This document shows positions 12,487-28,359 of a stretch of 64,000 nucleotides of DNA, piece by piece. Source of the stretch: the human T2T-CHM13v2.0 reference genome, Homo sapiens. The position numbers and the translations under genes are program-made. Positions within the stretch are counted from its first letter, which is position 1; every line of letters begins with the position of its first letter. The stretch lies in NCBI RefSeq assembly GCF_009914755.1, contig NC_060927.1; one strand, given 5' to 3'. The notes under the pieces were generated by a model, which was not told the DNA's origin, searched no databases, and worked only from the letters and a program-made list of their open reading frames with translations.

Positions 12487-13565
12487 TGTTGCGGGAAGTC
12501 AGGGACCCTGAATGGAGGGACCGGCTAGGAGCCACAGCAGAGGAACATAAATTGTTAATATTTCATGGACATTTTTCAGTTCCCAAATAATACTTTTATA
12601 ATTTCTTATGCCTGTCTTTACTTTAATCTCTTAATCCTGTTATCTTTCATAAGCTGAGGATGTACGTCACCTCAGGACCACTATGATAATTGTGTTAACT
12701 GTACAAATTGATTGTAAAACGTGTGTTTGAATAATATGAAATCAGTGCACCTTGAAAAAGAACAGAATAACAGTGATTTTTAGGGAACAAGGGAAGACAA
12801 CCATATGGTCTGACTGCCTGCGGGGTTGGGCAAAAAGAGCCATATTTTTCATCTTGCAGAGAGCCTATAAACGGATGTGCAAGTAGGAGAGATATCACTA
12901 AATTCTTTTCCTAGCAAGGAATATTAATGTTAATACCCTGGGAAAGGAATGCATTCCTGGGGGGAGGTCTATAAATGGCCGCTTTGGGAATGTCTGTTTT
13001 ATGCGGTTGAGATAAGGACTGAGATACACCCTGGCCTCCTGCAATACCCTCAGGCCTACTAGGGTGGGGAAAAACTCCGCCCTGGTAAATCTGTGGTCAG
13101 ACCGGTTCTCTGCTTTTGAACCCTGTTTTCTGTTGTTTAAGATGTTTATCAAGACAATACATGCACCACTGAACATAGACTCTTATCAGTAGTTCTGCTT
13201 TTGCCCTTTGCCCTGTGATCTTTGTTGGACTGTTATAATTCTGCTTTTGCCCTTTGTCCTGTTCCCTCAGAAGCATGTGATCTTTGTTAGACCCTTATTA
13301 GTAGTTCTGCTTTTTGCCCTTTGAAGCATGTGATCTTTGTACCTACTCCCTGTTCTTTCACCCCCTCCCCTTTTGAAACCCTTAATAAAAACTTGCTGGT
13401 CTGAGACTCAGATGGGCGTCACCGTCCTACCGACATGTGTTGTCACCCCTGGTGGCCCAGCTGTAAAATTCCTCTCTTTGTACTGTCTCTATTTCTCAGC
13501 CGGCCGACACTTATGGAAAATAGAAAGAACCTAGGTTGAAATATTGGGGGTGGGTTCCCCCAATA
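12487..13565 (+). mobile_element. MER11 solo LTR (HERV-K11/HML-8)
   Basis: Starts TGTTGCGGGAAGTCAGGGACC, ends GGTTCCCCCAATA; perfect 6-bp TSD TACCTT (12481-12486, 13566-13571). Confidence 0.92.
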
Positions 13566-14139
13566 TACCTTTCCTGATTTCCTCAAGGATATAAAGTGGC
13601 TATCAGAAAATACACAAAGCAAGAAAGCACAGTGTTTTGCAAACTATATTTTAAGATATTAATATATATCATGACAAAACTGTTCCATGTTCAAATTTGT
13701 CTGGAATTTTTGGGATTCCCTTAAAATTCAATAAAAGTGACTTTTGGGGATGATGTGGGGCTATAGTTATTATGCAATATTTCCCTAAAACCTTTTAAAG
13801 GGAATTTTTTTCATAAAGGATCTATTCATATATATAAAAGTAGTGTTAAAGGAAACCCAGCTAGAGAAATGCTTAACTAGTTACATATAAATAAAATCAG
13901 TAGCAGGAAAAAACAAAATGGAGTAAATTATACTAGAAGGGGGGGAAAAAAAAGCACTGTAAAGTTTCATATGATTAAGGTGTAAATTTGCTTCTGACCT
14001 TCTTGGAGGTCAAAGCAAAAAAGAAACATGGTTTACTACATAATTCTCACTGTACAGGAAGGAAAGATAATACATTGTTTTCTTGGGGGCAGCCACACTG
14101 CTACTGAATTATGACAAATATGTTTCATCTGGATCTTAC

Positions 14140-14268
14140 CAGGTCTTTGGGTCTTTTTTTGTAGTTCTCATAATGTCAACGTGCACATATGGAACAGGAG
14201 AATATGCTGGGTGAGTTTTACCAGAACCAGTTTCTGTCAGTCATTGGAGGTGAGGTCTAGTGAAACAG
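14140..14268 (-). pseudogene. Candidate exon C
   Basis: Acceptor ctcctccacacttcag|, donor CTG|gtaaga; 129 nt; phase-2 frame CFTRPHLQ*LTETGSGKTHPAYSPVPYVHVDIMRTTKKDPKT. Confidence 0.5.
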
Positions 14269-14422
14269 CTGAAGTGTGGAGGAGCACACGGGAAAGAGGC
14301 AGAGTTTGAAAATCAGGGAGGTCCAGAAAAGTTAACAGACAATCTCACATAACCATGCTTTTGCCACGCTCTTCTTAGGGCTCAGTTTTAAAACAAAGTC
14401 ATCAGAGTCAAAAACAAATGTT

Positions 14423-14448
14423 TATCTATCTATGTATCTATGTATGTT

Positions 14449-14486
<38 letters not shown>

Positions 14487-14520
14487 CATCCATCCGTCTT
14501 CTATTTATTCATCTATCTAA
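14423..14520 (+). repeat. (TCTA)n/(TCCA)n microsatellite
   Basis: Run of about 9 perfect TCTA units with degenerate flanks. Confidence 0.9.
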
Positions 14521-14994
14521 TCATTGATTTAAGGGATGTTACATCTTTTTTAAAGTGTCATTTAAATTTTTAAAAATTAAAGTGGGATTTATTTTTTGCA
14601 TGCATGCAGGTGTATGTGATATGTATTTCACTGAAAAAGGAACCCTTAAATAAAACTGTGACCCAATCACTAAGTTGACAGAATTCTTCATTTGTCCAGA
14701 ATGTGGGAGTCAGAATATCTTCTCATGGAAAAGGTAGCTTTCAAAACAAATCACTTTATGAAACTTGTCAACTTTCTAAAAATACTGGGTTGACCAATCC
14801 TAATTTTTTTCATGGAACTTTACCACTAGTTCAGTAGTTTATTGATGATATTGTGGAAGGATAATTATGTGCTATATTTCTTTCTGTCATGAAAATAAAT
14901 AATCCCTCATTTATCATCCTTCATGAATTATGGCACAGAAGTACAAATGAAAACTTCAGAAATTAAAGCAAATGTTTAATATTAAGAAATATTA

Positions 14995-15185
14995 GACTAG
15001 GATGGGTTTTAGCCCAGCCATACCATCAACTTATAATGATTGTGTGAATTTAAGTAATAAATGTCCAGGTTGTCATTTTCCATATTTGTAAAATGGAAAA
15101 ATAATAGTATTTAGCTTACAAGGTTGTGGTGAGGACTACATAAGACAATACAAGAATATTATGGGAGCCTGGCACATAATAATTC
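14995..15185 (+). mobile_element. MIR
   Basis: Core tttccatatttgtaaaatggaaaaataatagta...ggttgtggtgagga...gcctggcacata. Confidence 0.7.
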
Positions 15186-15218
15186 ATAATTTTAGGTATT
15201 ATTATGATAATGCTCAGG

Positions 15219-15518
<300 letters not shown>

Positions 15519-16138
15519 GGTCAGGTATTTTATGATGAAACATAGACTCACTAATGATGGTAGCACTGTTTTTTTTTTTTTAAATGGAGTGGGGAGAAGT
15601 TTTTATTTGCAAATGCTAGATATAAGACTGAAGGAGCCTTCTAAGGTAGGAAGAAGAGAGGAATGTTGTAAAGGGCTTTAGCAAGGGTGTCCAGCTGGAG
15701 TTCAGCTAGTTTCAGAAAGAGTAGATTAAGAATGATTCTCAGGGAGGGAAGAATTGTTAAAGATGAGCAGCCACTGTTGGACAATTTGTATTTTACCAAG
15801 AGCAATGGAGAGGAACAGTGAGGAGTCAAGTCATGTGCAAGAGGGAATGGAGAGGAACAGCAGGAGTGAGTGGGGGCACTGTTGCAAGGGCTGCACTGGA
15901 AGGTGCTCTTTCTTTCAGTGTCTCTCACACTTATACTGCTGTCTCTTGATATTTTTCTCTTTATGTTTATATTTTATCTCCTTAGTTATATTTTATTTTT
16001 AATTGACATGTAACAATTATATGTATTTAGGGGTACAAAGTGATACATTGATGCATATAAACAATGTGTAATAATTAAATCAGGGTAATTAGCATCTCTG
16101 TCACCTCCAACATCATTTCTTTGTGTTGGGAATATTCA

Positions 16139-16546
<408 letters not shown>

Positions 16547-18869
16547 CTATAGCCATCCTACAGTGCTACAGAAAACTAGAACCTATTCCTCCTGTCCCGC
16601 TGTGATTTTGTATTCATTAACCAACCTCTGTCTTTCCTCTCCCTCCTACCCTAGAGTAGAGAGTTCTACTCTCTAATTCTATGGGTGCAAACTTTTAGCT
16701 CCCACCAATGAGTGAGAACATGTGATATTTATTTTTCTGTACCTGATACTTCACTTAACACAATGTCCTCCAGGCTCATTCATGTTGCTGCAAATGATAG
16801 GATTTTATTCTTTTTTATGGTTGAATAATATTTCATTGTGTATATATAACACATTTTCTTTATCCCACTCATCCGTTGATAATAGGTTGATTCCATATCT
16901 TGGCTATTGTGAATAATGCTGCAATAAACATGAAAATGCAGATATATCTTAGATGCACTGATTTCCTTTCCTTTGCATAAATACCCATAGTGGAATTGTT
17001 GGATCACATGGTAGTTCTATTTTTAATTTTTTGAGGAAACTCCATACTGTTTTCCTTAATGGCTGTACTAATTTATAGTCCTACCAACAGTGTATAAGAG
17101 TGCCCTTTTCTCTGCCTTTTTGCCATCATTTGTTACTTTTTTCTTTTTGATAATAACCATTCCAACTGGGGTGAGAAGATGTATCATTGTGGTTTTGATT
17201 TCTATTTCCCTGATAATGACATTGAACTTTTTTTTTTAAATATACTTGTTGGCCATTTGTATGTCTTCAGTACTAAGCTATTTTTGTGTTACTATAAAGA
17301 AATACCTGAGACTGGATAATTTATAAAGAAAAGAGGTTTAATTGACTCACAGTTCTGCAGGCTGTACAAGCTTGGCTCCAGTATCTGCTTCTGGTGAGGG
17401 TCTCAGGAATCTTCCAATCATGGCAGAAAGCAAAGGAAGAGCAGGTGATGTCACATGGCAAGAGTGAGAGCAAGAAACAGAGAGAGCTATAGTGATGGTA
17501 CTGGCATTGGATAAACATTCCCATTCCAAAAGGGAGAAGTCAGCCCATAGAAAGGGGCAACAGGCCTCAAGCAAGTCTGAAACCCAGCAGTGCAGTCATT
17601 AAATCTTAAACCTCCAAAATAATCTTCTCTGACTCCATATCCCATATCCTGGGTACACTGATGTAAGAAGTGGACTCCCAAGGCCATGGGCAGCTCTGCC
17701 TCTGTGGTTTTGCAGAGTGGATCCCCCATGGCTGCTCTCACAGGTTGAGTGTCTGCAGCTTTTCCAGGCTGAGGATACAAGCTGCTAGTGGCTCTAACAT
17801 TCTGGGTCTGGAGGGAGGTGACCCTCTTCCCACAGCTCCACTAGGCAGTGCCTTGGTGGGGACCCTGCACAGGAGATCCAGCCCCACATCTTCCCTTGGC
17901 ATTATGCTAGTAGAGTTTCTCTGTGGGGCTCCACCCCTACAGCAGGCTTCTCCCTATGCACCCAGGTTTTCTGATAGATCCTCTGAAACTTAGGTAGAAG
18001 CCACCAGGCCTCTATCCCATTTGTATTCTGAGCATCTGCCACACTTAACACCACATGAAAACTGCCAAAACTTATGGCTTGCACACTCTAGAGCTGTAAT
18101 CTGCACTTTACCTGGACTCCTTTGAGCTGAGGCTGAAGCCAGAAGAGCTAGGATGTGGAGAGCAATGTCCCAAGGCTGTGCAGGGTAGCAGGCCCTTGGG
18201 GTTGGCCCCTGAAACCATTATTTCTTCCTAGGCCTGTGGGCCCATGGTGGAAGGAGAGGCCTGGAAGTTCTCTGAAATTCCTTTGAGGCCTTTTTCCCAT
18301 TGTCTTGGATATTAGCACTTGCCTCCCTTTTAGTCATGATAATCTGTTTAGCAAATGGTTGCTCTGCAGTCCTCTTGAATTCTTTCACTGAAAATGGGCT
18401 TTCCTTTTCTACCACCTGGCCAGGCTATGCTCTGCTTCCCTTTTAATTATAAATTCCAACTGTAAGTCATTTATTTGCTCCCACTTAAAATTATAGGTTG
18501 TTAGAAGCAGCTATGCCACTTCTTGAAGATTTTGCTTCTTAGAGATTTCTTCTAAGTCATTACCTTAAGTAATTGCTCTGAAGTTCAAACTTCCACAAAG
18601 CCCTAGAACATGGAAACAAGGCAGCCAAGTTCTCTATTAGGGAGTAACAATTGTGACCTTTACTCCAGTTTCCAATAAGTTCCTTATTTCCATCTGAGAC
18701 CTTATTAGCCTGACCTTCACTGTTCATATCTCTATCAGCATTTTGATCACAACTATTTAATCAGTTTCTAAGGAGTTTCAAACTTCCCCTCATCTTTCTG
18801 TGTTCTTCTGAGCCCTCTGAACACTTTTAATCCCTGCCTATTACCGGGCTCCAAATCTGCTTCCACATG

Positions 18870-19175
<306 letters not shown>

Positions 19176-19339
19176 TGCTTCCACACTTTTAGGCATCTTT
19201 ATGGCAATGCCTCTCTCCTCAGTATGAATTTTCTATATTAGGCCCTTTTTTTATTAGTATAAAGGAATACCTGAAATGAAGTAAGTTATAAAGAAATTAG
19301 GTTTTTAAAATTAATTAATTTTATTTCTTGTTTTCTTTT

Positions 19340-19479
19340 CTTTCCTTTTTTTTTTTTTTTTTGTAGAGATGGGGTCTCTCTGTTGCCCAGGCTTGTCTGG
19401 AACACCTGGGCTCAAATAATCCTCCTGCCTTGGCCTTCCAAAATGTTGGGATTACAGGCATGAGCCACCACACCCAGCC
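19340..19479 (-). mobile_element. FLAM/Alu monomer inside MST LTR
   Basis: Poly-T then gtagagatggggtct...cacccagcc. Confidence 0.85.
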
Positions 19480-20876
19480 AGGAAAGAGGTTTAATTGGAT
19501 CATGGTTCTGCAGGCTGTATAAGTACAACTGCAGCATCTGCTTCTGGTGAGAGTATCAGCAAGCTTCCAATCATGGAGGAAGGCAAAGGGTAAGCAAGCA
19601 ATGTCACATGGCAAGAGTGAGAGCGAAAGAGGGAGAGAAGTGGGAAGTCTTAGACTTTTAAACAACCAGATCTCATGTGAACTGATGGAGAACTCTGCTA
19701 TTACCAAGGGGATGGTGCTAAGCCATTCATGAGGGATTAGCTCCTGTGATCCAATAATCTCCCACCAGGCCCCAACTATAACGTTGAGGATTACATTTCA
19801 TCATGAGATTTGGAGAGGACAAACATTGAAACTATACTATGTTCTTTTGAGAAGATAGAAGATTCTTTTTCCATTTTCTAATTGGATTTTTTTTTTTTGC
19901 TGTTTAATTGTTTGAGTTCCTTGTATATTCTGAATATTAGTCCCTTGTCTGATGAATAATTTGCAAATAATTTCTCCCATTCTACAGGTTGTCTCTTCAC
20001 TATGTTAATTTTTTTCCTTGCTGTGCAGAAACTTTTTTAGTTTGAAATAATCTCACTTGTCTATTTTTGCTTTTGTTGCCTGTTTTTTTGAGGTCTTAGC
20101 CATAAAACCTTTTTCCAGACAAATTTCCTGATGCATTTCCCCTGTGCTTTTTTTTCTGTTAACTGTATAGTTTTGGGTCTTACATTTAACTCTTTAACCC
20201 ATTTTGAGTCGATTTATTGTATGGTGAGAGATAGGAGTCTAGTTTAGTTCTTCTGCATGTAGATATCAAATTTCTCAGAATCATTTATTGAAGAGATTGT
20301 TCTTTCTCCAACATATGTTCTTGGAGTTGTTGTCTAAAATCAGTTGACCATAAATACATGGATTTATTTCTGAGTTTTCTATTTTGTTCCATTGGTCCAT
20401 GTGTCATTTTTTAGGATTTTTAAAAAATTTCTACGAAGAATGTCATTGGTATTTTCATAAGAATTGCATTGAATCTGTAGATGGCTTGGGACAGTATTGT
20501 CATTTTTACAATATTAGTTTTTTGAATTTATGAACATCTTTCTCTTTGTGTCTTTTTCAATTTCTTTCATCAGTGTTTTGTAGTTTTCATAGTAGACATC
20601 TTTCACCTTATTGGTTAAATATATTCTTAGGTATTTTATTTTTTTTGTAGCTATTGTAAATGAATTACTTTCTTGATTTCTTTTTCAGCTAGTTTGTTAT
20701 TGGTGTTTGTAAATACTACAAATTTTTGTATGTTAATTTTGTGTCGTGCAACTTTATTGAATTCATTTATCAAATCTAAGAGGTTTTTTGTTGGAGTTTT
20801 TAAGTTTTTCTATATGTATAAGATTATATCATCTGCAAAGAGGGACAATTTGATGATTTTTCAATTTGGATGCACT

Positions 20877-21180
<304 letters not shown>

Positions 21181-24100
21181 CACATTATTTTTTCTCTTGG
21201 CTAATTGCTCTGGCTAGGACTTCCAATACTGTGTTGAATAAGAATGGTGAAACTGGGTATCCTTCTGTTCTACCTCTTAGAAGAATAGCTTCCAACTTTT
21301 CCCCATTCAGTATAATGTTAGCTATGGGTTTGTCGTATATGGCCTTTATTATACTGGAGGATGTTTCTGCTATACCTAATTTATTGAGAGCTTTTGTCAT
21401 AAAGGGATGTTGAATTTTATCACATGATTTGTCTGCATCTAGTGAGATGATCATATGGTTTTGTCTTTCATTCTGTTGATGTGATATACCATGTTTATTG
21501 ATTGTGTATGTTATGATTTCTGTATGTTGAACCATCTTTGCATCCCTGAAATAAATCCCACTTGCTCATGGTGTATACTCTTCCTGATGTGCTATTGAAT
21601 TTGTTTTGCTAGTATTTTGTTGGGGATTTTTGCATTTGTGTTCATCAGGAATATTGGCCTATAGTTTTCTTTTTTTGTTACGTTCTTGTCGGGTTTTGGT
21701 ATCAGGATAATGCTTGTCATGTAGAATGAGTTAGGAAGACTTCCCTCCCTTCATTTTTTTCAAATAGTTTGAGAAGAATTGGTATTCATTTTTCTTTATG
21801 TATTTGATAAAATTCAGTAGTGAAGCCACCTGGTCCTAGGCTTTTCTTTATTGAGAGACTATATTACTGATTCAGTTTTGTTGTTTGCTATTGTTCTTTC
21901 GGGTTTTCTATTTCTTCATGATTCAATCCTGGCAGGTTGTATATGTCCAGAAGTTATCCATTTCTTCTAGCTTTTCCAATTTGTTGTCTCATAGGTGTTT
22001 ACAATAGTATCTGTGATCCTTGCATTTCTGTGGTATAAGTTGTAACATCTCCTTTTTAATTTCTGATTTTATTTATTTGGGTTTTCTCTCTTTTTTTCAT
22101 AGTTTAGCTAATGATCTTTTGATTTTGTTTATCTTTTCAAAAAGCCAGGTTTTTGTTTTGTCAATCTTCTTTTTTTAGTCTTTATTTTGTTTAGCTCTGC
22201 TCTGATCTTTATTATTTTCTTGTACTAATTTTGATTTGATTTGTTCTTGCCTTTTTAGTTCCTTTAGGTATATCATTAGGTTGTTTATTTTAAATCTTTT
22301 AAATTTTTTTGGTGTAGGAATTTTTGCTGTAAACTTTCCTCTTAGTACTCCTTTGCTTTATTTCATAGGTTTTAATATGTTGTGTTTTCATCCAGCAAGT
22401 CTATACCTTTTAATTATGGAATTTAAGTCATTTACATTCAAATATATATTTTTTATTTTCTTCTTAATTACTTCTTTCACTCACTGGTCATTCAGGAGCA
22501 TGTTGTTTTATTTCTATGTATTTGTACAGTTTCCAAAGCTACTGTCGTTATTATTTTCTAGTTTTATTCCATTGTGGTCTGAAAAGGTACTTGATATAAC
22601 TTCAATTTTTAAAAATTTGTTGAGACTTGTTTTGTTGCCTAATGTATGATCCATCCTGGAGAATGTTCCATGTGCTGATGAGAAGAATATATATTCTGCA
22701 GCTGTTGGATAATATGTCCTATAAATGTCTCTTAGGTTCATTTGGTCTATAGTATAGTTTACCTGTGATGTTTCTTTGTTGATTTTCTGTCTAAATAATC
22801 TGTCCAATGCTGAGAAAGGGGTTCTCAACTATGATTGTACTGGGGCCTATAGTTGGATTTTTTTCCTTTAGCTCTAATAATATTTGCTTTATATATCTGA
22901 GTTCTTCAGGGTTGGGTGAATACATATTTACAATTGTCATAGCCTTTTGCTGACTTGATCCTTTTTATCATTATGTAATGAACTTTTTTGTCGCTTTAAA
23001 TGTTTTTTGTTTTAAAGTCTATGCTGTGTGATGCAAGCAATAGCTACTCCTGCTCACTTTTGGTTTTCATTTTTGTGGAATATCTTTTTTCATCCCTTCA
23101 CTTTCAGTCTATGTGTCTTTATAGGTGAAGTGAGTTTTTGAAGGCAGCATATACTTGGGTCTTGCTTTTAAAATTCTTTAAGCAAGTCTGTGTATTTTAA
23201 TTGTGGAATTTAAACTGCTTACATTCAAAGTTGTTATGGATAGGTTAGGACTTACTCTTATGATTTTGTTAATTATTTTCTGGTCACTTTATATATTCTT
23301 TGTTCCTTTCCTCATCTCTTATTGTTTATCTTTGTTGTTGGACAGTTTTCTGAAGTTATAACATTTGATTGTTTTCTCTTTCTCATTTGTGTATCTGCTC
23401 TATCAGTGAATTTTATACTTTCATGTGTTTTTATGATGGTAGTTATAGTTCTTTTGCTTCCAGATGTGAGACTCCCTTAAGCATTTCTTGTAGAACTCAT
23501 TTATATGTGAATTCCCTCAGTTTTTGCCTGTCTGGGAGACTTTATTTCTCCTTCATTTTTGAATGATGACTTTGTTGGGTATAGTATTCTTGGCTTATAG
23601 TTTTTTTTTTTTTTTTTTTTTCTCTTTCACCACTTTGAATATATCATCCTATTCACTCCTGGTCTGTAAGGTTACTGCTGAGAAATCTGCTGTCTGCCTG
23701 ATGAGGATTTCTTTATATCTGACTTGACACTTTCACTGGTTTTTGGAATTCTCTTTTTGTTTTTGACTTTTGACAACTTGACCAAAATATGCTTTAGGAA
23801 GGACTTTTTGAGTTGAGTCTGTTTGGGAATCTTTGAGCTTCCTGAATCTGGATGTCCATATCTCTCTCTAGACCTGGGAAACTCTCAGCTATTATTTCAT
23901 TAAATAGGTTTTTTAAGAAATACCTTTTCTCATTTCTTCTCCTTCTGTAATTTCCATAATGCATTTTTTTGTTTGTTTGTTTACTGGTGTCCCATATGTT
24001 CCATAGGCTTTATTTATTTATTTATTTTTTGCTTGACTAGCTTATTTCAAAAGACTTGTCTTCAAGTTCAGAAATTCTTTTTTCTGCTTGATCTAGTGTA

Positions 24101-26095
24101 TCACTGAAGCTCTCAATTCTATTTTTTATTTCACTTGTTGAATTATTCAATTTTAAGACTTCAGTTTTTTAAAAATGATACCTATCTCTATTGAATTTCT
24201 CAGTCAGAGGAATTGTTTTCCTGATCTTATTGAATTGTGTATATGTGTTATCTTGTATCTCTCTGAGATTTCTTAAGTCATTATTTAAATTTCCCTTTTA
24301 GGCATGTTACTGGAAAATCATTGTGTTGTTTTAAAGGTGTTATGTTTCCTTGCCCTTTCATAGTTTTTGTGTTATCCCTTTATATCTGCACATTTGATGT
24401 AATTGTCACTTCCTCCAGTTTATGAAGTAGCTTGAATAGGGAAAGACTTTTTGCTGTAGATGTGTCCTGTAGTTTCAGTTGGGTAGGCTGCTTTGGCTTT
24501 GACTCTTGGAGGGTAGAGTAGTGTAGTTTCCATTTGGTTTCTTTGCTGTAATCAATGTCGGTGGTGACTACAAGTACCTCCATGGCCTAGGCTGCAGTTA
24601 TTTTTGGAAGTTGTGGAATAGCTTTTCTGGGTGCTGGGATGACAAGCAGGCCAGTTCTTTGCTCTGTTGGGGGGTGCACATGGGTGTGTGGCACTTTGTT
24701 TTGTAGGGAATTGGGTCACTGGTGGAGGTGGCAGGCACTCGGTGGGCCAGTCTTCAGGCCAATGGGGGGCATGCATGTGTCTGGGTGTAGGACACCTTTG
24801 CTATGGAGGAGGAAGGGTTACTAGTGGTGGCAGTGGGACCCAGTCTGATGGGTCTCAGGTTCTGGGGAGCATACACATCAGCTCCCTCTTTCCTGGGGGC
24901 CTGTCTTCCCACTGTGCTGGACTGCTTGCACCCTGATAGGGCATTGTATAGGCTTGGGTGCTGTAATCATGACCACACTGCTGGGTTCAGCTGTTTTCTT
25001 GTTGCTTCAGCCTCAGGGTGGATGTGGTAGGATTTTGGTGAGGCCTCAGGTATGTGGAGATGCAGGGGCTATTGGGCCCCAGGGCAGGATGCACTCTGAT
25101 GGTGGCTTCACTCTCAAGGTGGTGATGTTCTGTGGCAGCCTGAATAACTGAGTGTGTGTATGGAGGGGGAGTGTAAATTTCCTCTCCAGAATAATGCAGT
25201 CAGATGGACTCTAGGCAGCTCTTTACACCAGGCTTAGGACTAGCAAGGGCTATGGGGCTCTTGTGAAGCTAGGATACCAGGCATCTGTGGTGGAAATGCA
25301 GACTACTAAGGATCTCCTGTTTGCCCTTTTCTTAGGGTGGGGAGCCTCTCTTGACCCCAAGATGATCCTGGCCCATGTGGTTTGCTTCCTTCTTTATGCT
25401 GCCATTCTGAATCTCTGTGCTGCAGAAGGTCTTTGGCACTTCTTTGCTGAATTTCTGTGTTCTCCCCTAGATATTCCATTTGATGTGTTGTCATATGTTT
25501 GTTTTTGGATCTTTGTTGGGGGGCAAGTGTTGAGCACCTTTAGTCATCCATCTTGATGATTGTAGCGCTGTTTTTCAGATTGTATAAACAGCAGACTGTT
25601 TGTACCCAAATGAGTCAAGGTAAGATCAGTTCTCCTCTTTAATTATTATTTTGAGGAACAGTTGGTTATTGTAAAATAGCAGAATATGTATCTACATGAA
25701 AATAGCTTATTTTTAAAAGGCCCTCTATCCTTAGATCTGACAGCCCCAGAGGATATTGGAATTCAGCACTAAAATTCCAAAGTCAAACTGTGTTCCTACT
25801 ATTTATTTAGTGAAGATTTGGGGTTTCTCAGATATTATAGTTTCATTTTTCTTGTATCACATTCGACTAGGAATGTTCTCCTAATCTTATCTTTTAGAAC
25901 TCATTATTATATTTGAATTTTGGAGAGTATTTATTAATTGAATTGAGGAAAAGGTAGCAGTTTTCGCGTAGTACATAGAAAATGTTAAAAATAAAAGGAA
26001 CGTTGAGAAAGGAAAGAAACACTATCTGTTGTGGCTTCAAGGCATTTTACTGTGAACATTTACAAGAACATGGTTGTCACGTAAAATAACCTTAC

Positions 26096-26149
26096 TCTAT
26101 GTGATTTCTTTTTAGCAGATGTGAGAGACATTCATGATAGAATGAATCC
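26096..26149 (-). pseudogene. Candidate exon D
   Basis: Acceptor atttcttctttag|, donor AGA|gtaagg; 54 nt; phase-2 frame open (DSFYHECLSHLLKRNHI). Confidence 0.45.
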
Positions 26150-26855
26150 CTAAAGAAGAAATCATGTTAAATAATTTATTAGAGCCATTATTTTCATTGC
26201 CAATGGCTTATAAATGAAAAAAATCAATAAATTCATTTTATTTCAAGAAAAGATTATAAAACAGAATGTCATGGTCATGTAATGTTTGAAGATTGTTTAT
26301 CCAGAGCATGAAGGACTGACCAGCTCCAGGTTAATATTGTTTCTGGAGTTCAGTGAGCATAAATTCTATAGAGCACAATAATTGATGAAAGGTGTTTTAG
26401 CATATTGTATATGTGATTGTATTTTCACCAATATCAGCACCATCTATGTAGTTGGCATCTCAGAGTCTCAGAAAGAAATGTTATGCTACAGTTTTTAGTT
26501 ACTACAAAGTTTTTTGAAAGACCCCACAAAATAATGAGTTACTTTCATTAATTGATGTATTTACTGATTGATAATTTCTAAATTAAAGCTGAGTAAAAAT
26601 AAAAAACCCCAACAAAGTGATAAGAAACCAATTCTTTATGAAATCATGGTAATAATTACCCTGATTGTGAGCAAACATTGTGCATATATGTTCACAATAG
26701 GACATTTTACAGCTTCCTATTTGTTCTGTAGAATATTATTAAAAGTAATAGTTAATCAACAATTTTTTAATGTTAGCATTTGATTAAGAGCAGGAATGAT
26801 TAGTGCTATTGTTTCATAGAGACTCAGACATATCATTTAGGAAAGCCTAATTTAC

Positions 26856-27062
26856 CTGACTTCATTGATCTTTTCCTTTCTTTTAAAAATTTTAAATGGA
26901 ATCTCAAGTGAATAAATTAGTAAATTTATCATTTTCTCTACAATACTGTCATAAGGACAGTTTGATAAAATAGCTCATTATAGTCAATGGTATGAAATAT
27001 GAGTTCCATCAGCATATTTTCATCAAATGCAGCTACAGAAATTAGTTTGCTATTATCAAGGA
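26856..27062 (-). pseudogene. Candidate exon E (apparent internal frameshift)
   Basis: Acceptor ttttatttttgcattccacag|, donor CAG|gtaaat; 207 nt; LDNSKLISVAAFDENMLMELIFHTIDYNELFY, then in another frame NCPYDSIVEKMINLLIYSLEIPFKIFKRKEKINEV. Confidence 0.5.
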
Positions 27063-27301
27063 CTGTGGAATGCAAAAATAAAATTAAGCATGCTATTATA
27101 TTGGTTAAAATTGGGGATTGACCCAAGTGAATTAAAAAAAAAAGTCTTTTAGTGACAAAAATATCAAGAAAACCAAATGAATCATCAAAAATTAATTGAC
27201 AAGTGGCAATCCTAGTCATATAATGAATATGTTTGAGATAAGTTGTCATCCCCTTCAAAGGTAGCCTTCAGGTCTACCTTTTTAGGCAGCCATGGTTCTA
27301 A

Positions 27302-27615
<314 letters not shown>

Positions 27616-27893
27616 TAATTTTAAAATCTTCTTTTGGTAAAGAAACTCAAAGCCTATACATAATAAGATTAGTTATTATTTATAATGGTTGTTTATGTGA
27701 ATTAAGCAATTGGCAGTACCTATTGCATCTAGATTTTGAGGCTTCTTTCTTAAAGGAGACATTTAAAAAGGGGAGGCAGTAATGGAGAAGTAGTCTTGAT
27801 TTTGACTGGTACGTACTTGGAATATGGTAAAAGTACATACATCTAGTATGACTGATGATTGCTAACAGCACATTTTATATCCATAAATATCTA

Positions 27894-28334
27894 TGTCAGT
27901 TACTTATTGCTACAAAGTAGCAGATTGTCAATCACCTTAGAACTTTGTGGCATACAATAATAAGCATTTATTTAGCTCATGGGAATGTGGGTAGCTCCTG
28001 GAAATTGGGTGTTCTTGGCTGGGGTAGCTGGTTATGTTTATAAATTTCACATTCTCCTGGAGAATGAGCTTTCTAGCATGTTCTTATTGCAGCGGTAGAG
28101 ACACATGAGAAGAAGTGAAAACATGTAACAACTCTTAAGGTCTAAGCTCAGAGATAGCTCACAGTTGTTTTTGAAATATTGGTCAAAGCAAATTATATGA
28201 CCAAACCCAAAGTCAAGGAGTGGAGAAATACTGTACACTTTGAATGGGACAAAATGCAAAAATCACATGTCAAAATCACAGCATGGATATAGTGAGGGGG
28301 TGAAGAACTGGGGCTGGTGATGCAATTTACCACA
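27894..28334 (-). mobile_element. MLT1 (MaLR) LTR
   Basis: tgtcagttacttattgct...aagcatttatttagctcatg...aaacccaaagtcaaggagtggagaaata...ttaccaca. Confidence 0.7.
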
Positions 28335-28359
28335 ACATCAATTCCTTTAAGGTAATAGT

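Noticed and set aside
14212-14236. ETGSGKT, resembling a P-loop, in candidate exon C
   Set aside because: Lacks the first glycine and the preceding hydrophobic strand of GxxxxGKT, and there are no other NTPase motifs; treated as chance.
24380-25556. GC-richer ORF cluster
   Set aside because: Falls within the L1 5' UTR/ORF1 start; no independent gene evidence.
26320-26470. Further possible minus-strand exon (donor CTG|gtcagt)
   Set aside because: Acceptor ambiguous and several stops in the best frame.
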